This document shows, piece after piece, positions 57,722 to 64,000 of a stretch of DNA of 64,000 nt. Position 1 is the first letter of the stretch. The number at the start of each line of letters is the position of its first letter. A program made the translations under genes and the position numbers. Below the pieces are notes generated by a model. It saw only the letters and a program-made list of their open reading frames with translations. It ran no database searches and had not been told where the DNA came from. The DNA comes from a virus (lineage: Duplodnaviria > Heunggongvirae > Uroviricota > Caudoviricetes), in the IMG/VR virus record IMGVR_UViG_3300031998_000037; one strand, 5' to 3'.

Positions 57722-59146
57722 TTATATTTCAAACCTATCTCCCATTACAGGTGTGTGTACTTTTGAACTTCTATCCGCAAAACTTAAACTTTTGCGGAGC
57801 ATTTTTGAAAACTCTATCTTACCAGCCTTTTCCCCATGAACAAGATATATTTTGTCATATGGCATATCTGTATATCTTTGCAATAATTCCTTTTGGCAAG
57901 CATGACTTGAAAAGGAGTTGAGACAAACTACATTTGCATTGTTCTTAACCTTTACGCCGTCAATCTCTACATAGCGTTTATTATGTTGTATTTGATATGC
58001 TACAGATTTTTCATCACCAGCATAACCGCAAAAACATAATCTGTTTTCACTATCTGGTAGAATAGATTTAAGCCATCCAATAATACGACCTGCCTTTAAA
58101 AAGTTAGAAGTCGATATTACAACCTGACTTGTTTTGAGCTGCTGCCATGCGATGCTATCCTCAGATGTGTCAACCCATTCTATATTTTTCCATGATATTA
58201 CTTTTTTCCAAAGGTCATAATCCTTTTCAATAACCCTATCCCAAACATTGCTTACCTTTTTTGCAAGCGGTGCATCTATGACAATAGGTGTGCTGAAAGT
58301 TTCATCATGCCCATATATCTTATAAAGCTCGGTCAAAATTTCCTGAGTACGCTGTAAGCTGAATGCACCAAACACAACCTTTTTTGTGTTTTGTTGACAG
58401 CATTGATCTATAACCGTTTTTATCTTTTCAATATCTTTATCTCTATCCTTTTGCTTGTGTGACTTTGTGCTGCCACCATATGTACATTCAGCTATGACGG
58501 CATTTGCATAAGGCATAGGTTCATAAGGCAGAATATAGTCTTTATTAATATCACTGCCAATGTCGCCTGTATAATTCAGATACTTTATTGTTTCACCAAG
58601 CTTAAAGGTAAGCCTGATTTGTGCCGCATTGACGATATGTGCGGCGTGATAAAAACGTAAAGTGAGATCATCAAAAAGAACTATCTCCTCATTAAATGGC
58701 AGCTCGGTAAGATGCTCATATGCCATATCTATATCAGATTGCTCATATAAAGGCGTTGCTTTTATACCATGACGCTTTTCAAGCTTTACACAATCAGATT
58801 GAAATATCTTTGCGCTATCCTCCCACATGATTTTAGCAAGCGGCTTTGAATTTTGAGGCACGTAAACGTTGCCTCTATATCCACGCTTGAACAGATAGGG
58901 GACAAGCCCCCAGTGGTCAAGATGTTGATGCCCTATAATAACGGCATCTAAATCTGCAAAGGGGACTTTATAGTTTCGCTTATTCACTGTATATTGGGTA
59001 AGGACATCATCACCAGAAGTCTGGTACAAGCCAGCATCAAGCAAAATCTGCTTATCATTAAAGGTAATGTAATACATTGAACCTGTAACGCCATCGCCAG
59101 ATTTGCCAACGATTTCAACCCTTACCTTGTTTTTGCTTTTGCTCAT
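57722..59146 (-). CDS. MBL-fold beta-CASP-type nuclease/hydrolase
   Basis: 'IIGHQHLDHWG' HxHxDH motif; 474 aa. Confidence 0.6.
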   Translation of the reverse strand: MSKSKNKVRVEIVGKSGDGVTGSMYYITFNDKQILLDAGLYQTSGDDVLTQYTVNKRNYKVPFADLDAVIIGHQHLDHWGLVPYLFKRGYRGNVYVPQNSKPLAKIMWEDSAKIFQSDCVKLEKRHGIKATPLYEQSDIDMAYEHLTELPFNEEIVLFDDLTLRFYHAAHIVNAAQIRLTFKLGETIKYLNYTGDIGSDINKDYILPYEPMPYANAVIAECTYGGSTKSHKQKDRDKDIEKIKTVIDQCCQQNTKKVVFGAFSLQRTQEILTELYKIYGHDETFSTPIVIDAPLAKKVSNVWDRVIEKDYDLWKKVISWKNIEWVDTSEDSIAWQQLKTSQVVISTSNFLKAGRIIGWLKSILPDSENRLCFCGYAGDEKSVAYQIQHNKRYVEIDGVKVKNNANVVCLNSFSSHACQKELLQRYTDMPYDKIYLVHGEKAGKIEFSKMLRKSLSFADRSSKVHTPVMGDRFEI

Positions 59147-59775
59147 ATTATCAAATCCAAATCTGTAAGTATTTCATCAACACAGCCAAGTTCAAGCTGT
59201 TGATCCACAGACAAATACCAGTCGCGGCTCTGGTTCTTTTTCATAAGGTTCTTATCAATCTTTGTCTTACTGATAATAAGCTCACGCATTTCCTCAACCA
59301 TTTTCTTATACGATTTAGCGTTTTCCTGAACTTCTTCAAAAGTTCCTGATATACCACTTGCACTACCACTATGAATAAGTACCTGAGAACGCGGCATACA
59401 ATATCTCTTATGTCCTGCAATAAGCAGAAGTCCAGCCGCACTATAAGCGCAATTTGTATTGACTGTGTAAACTGGTGTCTTTGAAGCCTCTATAATTGCA
59501 ACAGTTGCATATGTAGAGTCAAGGCATCCGCCGCATGAGTTTATAAGAATTACTACAGGTTTTCTCTTTTCTACAGGCAAGCCCTTGTCCTTACGGTTGT
59601 ACTCTATAATCTGTCTGCCGACATCACGCATAAGCTCTTCGTCAATATCATAGTCAATATAAATGACGCGATTTTGTCTGTCCTCATAGACATCTAAAAG
59701 TTCAGGGGAGGGGAGCTTTAAATCCCCAATATCCTTTGGTATGATAATATCTAATAACTGTAAGCTTTCTCCCAT
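59143..59775 (-). CDS. ClpP-family (S14) serine protease
   Basis: 'VILINSCGG', 'CAYSAAGLLLIAG', 'LIHSG' and a later Asp match ClpP's INSPGG / GxAASMG / MIHQP; the Ser-His-Asp positions align. Confidence 0.7.
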   Translation of the reverse strand: MGESLQLLDIIIPKDIGDLKLPSPELLDVYEDRQNRVIYIDYDIDEELMRDVGRQIIEYNRKDKGLPVEKRKPVVILINSCGGCLDSTYATVAIIEASKTPVYTVNTNCAYSAAGLLLIAGHKRYCMPRSQVLIHSGSASGISGTFEEVQENAKSYKKMVEEMRELIISKTKIDKNLMKKNQSRDWYLSVDQQLELGCVDEILTDLDLII

Positions 59776-59840
59776 TTTTAATTTCCTCGCTTATTTAAAA
59801 TTACAGTCGTCCGACTGCCCCCTATATTTCATAGAGGATA

Positions 59841-60059
59841 TTAGTTGTTAGGGTATGTCTCAACAACCTTAATAGTCTTGCGGTAGCTTTCCAGCAAGTC
59901 TAAGATGTGCTTATCGTCGGGGCAGTAATACTTGCCGCGTGACTTCCCCTTACGCTTTAATCTGCAAGTCCGAGTGCATATAATGCCGTGGTCTGCTAAG
60001 AACTTTGCTTCATCGCGTGTAATTTGATTCATTATTTTTTCACTACTTTCTCTTGACAA
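59841..60059 (-). CDS. small basic protein
   Basis: ORF. Confidence 0.3.
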   Translation of the reverse strand: MSRESSEKIMNQITRDEAKFLADHGIICTRTCRLKRKGKSRGKYYCPDDKHILDLLESYRKTIKVVETYPNN

Positions 60060-60264
60060 ATATATGTCTTTTATGATATGATAAAAAGAGAAGTTTACGC
60101 ATTTATATAATTAAATAAAATAATAAAAACAAGGAGTATAAGTTGAACGTGTCTTATACTCCCTTCGTTTTTATTGAGTTGCTAATGCGGTGATAGCCTC
60201 TCCTTCATATTGCCCCAACTTTTTATAGAACAGATGTTCTTTTACGGCGAGTTATAGGCAATAA

Positions 60265-62904
60265 TTAAATGTTTTCGGTTGCAATCATTTGGCTTCTTCT
60301 AATTCTGTTTCCTTGAACATTGTATTTTATTCTGTATTTTCTTTGACATTCAGCACACCTGCACTTGCCATTAACCTTGTTTATTTCTACGCCACAATCG
60401 ACACACACATACCCATACTTGGGTTTGTTTGCCAGAATGTTCTCATAAACAATATCCCCATAAACGTTAAAAAAGAACTCTTTAAATCTTCTGTCCTTAA
60501 AAACCGTATGCTCTTTAAACATATCCTTTACCAGCATATCACAAATCTCATACTGAGCATAGTCAAGCTTCTGCATCGCCACAATGATCTCACTGATAGC
60601 AGGGGAGTTATAATTCTCTTCCTTGCCTATTTTCAGTTTAACCTTTGATACCACATCACTATATGCCTTTAAAACAGTCTCGTCAACTTCAATGTCGGGA
60701 TTGTTCATCAACATTCTATAATCAAAGCGTTTCCTGTCCTCAAAAGTAAGTTTGAAGTCTGATTCAGGATAAAGCTTATATATGCGATTTACGATACAAT
60801 CATTTACAGGCTCAACCTGATCCGCCGTCTTATCCTTTGCATAAACAAAGAAGGCTGGCAGTTTTTTGTTGACATACTTTGATATAAGTTCCTTAATATC
60901 ATTTGGCGGAACAGACTTATATAATGTCTTAGCATAATCAATGACCTCATTATTTACCATACATAGATACTTCAAACAATCCATAGCCTCTTGCTTAGTG
61001 TCGGGATTTATTATCTCGGTACTATTTTTTATCTTGCTGATATTGTTTGAAACAATACCTATATTGCCGCCCGTGAACGCATTTGATAGTCCGCGATATC
61101 TACTGTCCGCCGTAATAGCTTCTTTTGCAGCCTTACGCATATTGTAATATAGCGGCACAACTCCGACCTGATTACGCTTGGCAAGATCAATTATATTTTG
61201 ATCCTGTATAATTAAAGTCTTATCTCCGTCAACATCATACATGAGGATTTTACTTATAACATCATGCGTACTTGCATAGCAGCCGTCAGTAATAAACCAT
61301 CTTTCAAGTTCCTGACTTGTGACGTTGTTGCGTATAGCGTGTTCAAAGTAGAGGTGTGGACTACGCAGACAATCAACCTCTTTGCCAAATTCATGTAACC
61401 TACAATAAACCTCACCGTCAGCAAGGAGTCCCGTAGGTACTTTATCCCCCAAAAAGAGCCATTGACAAAAAGCGTAATAGTCTGGCAGCAAGAATGTATA
61501 ATAGCCGTTAACTCTGAACTTTGCTGAATATAAATCCTTGACCGATTTTTTATAGAAGTCTTTTAGCTGCTCTCTGAAATAACTATCCTTTAACAGACCA
61601 TTGTATTCTATGAGGCATTTCTGCATACCATTATATTTACTCTTGGGCTTATTTGGCTTAATCCCAAAAGTTTCAAGCTGTACATTTTTATCTGAGCAGA
61701 TGCCGTTAATAAAATTCACGCTATCCGAGCACATCTGTTTAAGCTCCGCGTCTTTGTAATCAATGAAGCTCTGGAGCATCTGATAGTTCAGATGAGACTT
61801 TTTGAAATAGTCCTCCTCCACATTACACGTTCCAGCACAGCAGCCGTTTTTCTTAAAGCGTTCCTTATAGTCGTCCCAACTATCAAAGTAGGCATACATT
61901 TTGAGCTGACTTTTTGTAAAGATGATTTGAATATTATCCTCGAATATATCCCATTCTTTGCCCCATATATCTTTTATTTTAGAGGAACAACCATACTCAC
62001 GCACAAAGCCTTTAAAGTCAAATACACCAAGTAATCCCTTTGTCCACGGCATACGTACCATGAAATTCTTTTTGCTCAGTTCAGGGCTTATCATACCTGC
62101 GCCGTCTGTATGAGGAATAGTAACGGGCATAGTCTGACGAGTAATGCTATAGTCTCTGTCATCTACATAGTCAACCTCGGTCACAACATTTGTCTCAAAG
62201 TCATCAACCACTATGCACCGATCTATGTCAAAGTCTTTCCATTCTTCGGTTGCAGAGTTGCAAAGAGCCAGATATGCATTATATTTATTTAGGTTCATAC
62301 CGCCCTTTGCGTTTACCTCATCAACTGTAAGACCACAGGTAAGCTTGCCCCAACACTTGTCTAATAAATCCTCACGCACAAACACAGCCTTCTTAGTTCG
62401 GATTTGACCAGCACTACTTGCAAAATATACATAACGACAGCCATTGTGACAAAAGCCTTTGTGTATAAGATTTTCAAGCACTTCAAAGTAAAAGACCGAA
62501 ACAACCATCATTTGTTCATTTACTGTAGTATTCTCGGCTGTTTGTCGCACGTTCAGATTTAACGGGATCATATCAAGGCTACGAGTAAGCTCACTGCTGA
62601 ATACGGATATTCTGCTGCGCTCAGTAAGTTTTCTTTCATTAATGTGCCTGTATCGTTGCATATTGCCCTTCATCATTGAAAGAAGAGTTTCTTTTAAAGA
62701 AGTAAGTTCCTTAGAGACAGCCTTATATTTTTCTTCTATAACGAAACTTACAGCCGCACTCATTCCATTATCTTTTAAGATAGCCTTATATGCTGACTTT
62801 AAGCCGCGAAGCGTATACATCTTACGCTCGACCTCGCGCTCATCATCAAAGTAGAAAGCCGAAGTATCAATCCCATAAATGCAATATTGTTTATCTAACG
62901 CCAA
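60265..62904 (-). CDS. large hypothetical protein (879 aa) with C-terminal Cys4 zinc ribbon; no P-loop or polymerase motif recognised
   Basis: 'CVDCGVEINKVNGKCRCAEC' at the C-terminus. Confidence 0.35.
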   Translation of the reverse strand: MALDKQYCIYGIDTSAFYFDDEREVERKMYTLRGLKSAYKAILKDNGMSAAVSFVIEEKYKAVSKELTSLKETLLSMMKGNMQRYRHINERKLTERSRISVFSSELTRSLDMIPLNLNVRQTAENTTVNEQMMVVSVFYFEVLENLIHKGFCHNGCRYVYFASSAGQIRTKKAVFVREDLLDKCWGKLTCGLTVDEVNAKGGMNLNKYNAYLALCNSATEEWKDFDIDRCIVVDDFETNVVTEVDYVDDRDYSITRQTMPVTIPHTDGAGMISPELSKKNFMVRMPWTKGLLGVFDFKGFVREYGCSSKIKDIWGKEWDIFEDNIQIIFTKSQLKMYAYFDSWDDYKERFKKNGCCAGTCNVEEDYFKKSHLNYQMLQSFIDYKDAELKQMCSDSVNFINGICSDKNVQLETFGIKPNKPKSKYNGMQKCLIEYNGLLKDSYFREQLKDFYKKSVKDLYSAKFRVNGYYTFLLPDYYAFCQWLFLGDKVPTGLLADGEVYCRLHEFGKEVDCLRSPHLYFEHAIRNNVTSQELERWFITDGCYASTHDVISKILMYDVDGDKTLIIQDQNIIDLAKRNQVGVVPLYYNMRKAAKEAITADSRYRGLSNAFTGGNIGIVSNNISKIKNSTEIINPDTKQEAMDCLKYLCMVNNEVIDYAKTLYKSVPPNDIKELISKYVNKKLPAFFVYAKDKTADQVEPVNDCIVNRIYKLYPESDFKLTFEDRKRFDYRMLMNNPDIEVDETVLKAYSDVVSKVKLKIGKEENYNSPAISEIIVAMQKLDYAQYEICDMLVKDMFKEHTVFKDRRFKEFFFNVYGDIVYENILANKPKYGYVCVDCGVEINKVNGKCRCAECQRKYRIKYNVQGNRIRRSQMIATENI

Positions 62905-63249
62905 TCAAAATCCCCCTTTTATAGCATCTTGTTCTTTAATCTTTTGGCGGTACTGGTAATGGCACCAAAAATGTATTAATTCTTTTCCCCACCAATGCCC
63001 TGAACTACTCCACGGCATAGTGTCTGCAAAATCACTATTATATTTTGCGATGTAAAACTGATTATCAAAATATATCAATACCGTTTGACCGTTATCTGGT
63101 AACGCTTTGTCAACGCTTATCCACCTATCAACAGGCTGTACGTTTGTGACTTTATCTGCACAAAAGGTCAACGCTTCATCTAAATGCCCTTCTAATCCAC
63201 ATACACCATCATGTATACAGTTACCGCATATCATCATATCACTCCCCAT
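62905..63249 (-). CDS. DUF551-like phage protein
   Basis: 'DRWISVDKALPDNGQTVLIYF' is the typical DUF551 signature. Confidence 0.4.
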   Translation of the reverse strand: MGSDMMICGNCIHDGVCGLEGHLDEALTFCADKVTNVQPVDRWISVDKALPDNGQTVLIYFDNQFYIAKYNSDFADTMPWSSSGHWWGKELIHFWCHYQYRQKIKEQDAIKGGF

Positions 63250-63279
63250 CTAATAAAATTTCATTTTGCAATCTAAATT

Positions 63280-63645
63280 TTAATCATTCCAATCAGACAG
63301 CATTTCATCAGTTGATTTGAATGATTTTATAAGATACTCCCACCATTCTTTATCTATTCCACCGTCAAGCCTACTTGCATTAAGTAAATAGAATAAACAT
63401 ATTCTTTGTTCAAATGTCAGTTGCAAAAGCAATTCGCAAATTGTTCTGCTAAGTTCTTTGTCTATATGGTCGTTATCATCTTTTTGACAATATTCTATTA
63501 CCCATTTCAAATCATCGTCATCTATATTGTCATCATCTGTAACAATATGACAACAACCGCCAGCCCCACACTCAGGCAAATCGTATAAAATATGTATTAA
63601 TTCTACTATTATTTGCATTTTGGGGTGATATTGCACATCATTCAT
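63280..63645 (-). CDS. hypothetical acidic protein
   Basis: ORF. Confidence 0.3.
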   Translation of the reverse strand: MNDVQYHPKMQIIVELIHILYDLPECGAGGCCHIVTDDDNIDDDDLKWVIEYCQKDDNDHIDKELSRTICELLLQLTFEQRICLFYLLNASRLDGGIDKEWWEYLIKSFKSTDEMLSDWND

Positions 63646-63647
63646 TT

Positions 63648-63857
63648 TCAGTCCTCCTTTAACAACTTCTCAGCTTCATCGGCAAAACGCCACCTAAACT
63701 CTATGCCGTAGCAGCCCTCGTCTTTGCCAGCTACATATAATGTTTCCATATCTTCCACAGCGGCTTTCAATAGCTTTTTAGCTTTTTCATACTTTTTTAG
63801 TATTCTTATGCTATCAGCAATGTACTGTTCTTGAATGTATTCAAATGGTACTGGCAT
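63648..63857 (-). CDS. hypothetical small protein
   Basis: ORF. Confidence 0.3.
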   Translation of the reverse strand: MPVPFEYIQEQYIADSIRILKKYEKAKKLLKAAVEDMETLYVAGKDEGCYGIEFRWRFADEAEKLLKED

Positions 63858-64000
63858 TTATATCACTCCAATCAATAAAATTTCTTTTTTCAAAATCCAA
63901 CATTACATTTGATCCAGTGTTGCCCAAGATATTTCATTGCAGCCTTGCTGTCATAGTAGTCCAGCACATCAGAAAGCGACATATCTACTCTCTGATATGT

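Noticed and set aside
1-64000. Integrase/recombinase, CI-like repressor, rRNA, CRISPR
   Set aside because: I looked for tyrosine/serine recombinase motifs and HTH repressors and found none convincing in this window. The absence is consistent with a plasmid-prophage lifestyle, but the window may not be the whole genome.

Overview
This AT-rich 64-kb window reads as most of a temperate siphovirus-type phage that is probably maintained as a plasmid (phage-plasmid), likely in a low-GC anaerobic host. The left ~16.7 kb is a + strand early/DNA-metabolism module. It encodes an SPFH protein, five DNA methyltransferases, an IscS-like cysteine desulfurase, a SleB-like lipoprotein, a divergent ThyX-fold protein, an NMP kinase, an NrdH-like glutaredoxin, NrdD/NrdG anaerobic ribonucleotide reductase, an NT5C-type deoxynucleotidase, a dUTPase and an HNH endonuclease. 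The rest is mostly - strand: a RepA_N-type initiator with about nine 22-bp iterons and an AT-rich spacer; parAB with downstream parS-like repeats; a holin plus M23 endolysin; tail fiber/baseplate genes; a 2007-aa tape measure protein with overlapping G/T chaperone ORFs; head, portal, terminase and GT2 glycosyltransferase genes; a ~1-kb noncoding region with two tRNAs (Ile-GAT, Met-CAT) and a 34-bp perfect palindrome; then an operon with a calcineurin-like phosphoesterase, an MBL beta-CASP nuclease and a ClpP-like protease. The most unusual signal is that four of the five methyltransferase genes are interrupted at long G/C homopolymer tracts (C9, C5AC4, C7, G9) in an otherwise AT-rich genome. 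Each is restored by a single-base tract-length change, which looks like a phase-variable methylome (phasevarion) carried by a phage. A 13-bp palindrome, GGAACTCAGTTCC, also recurs at least 8 times at module boundaries. No integrase, CRISPR array or rRNA was seen.
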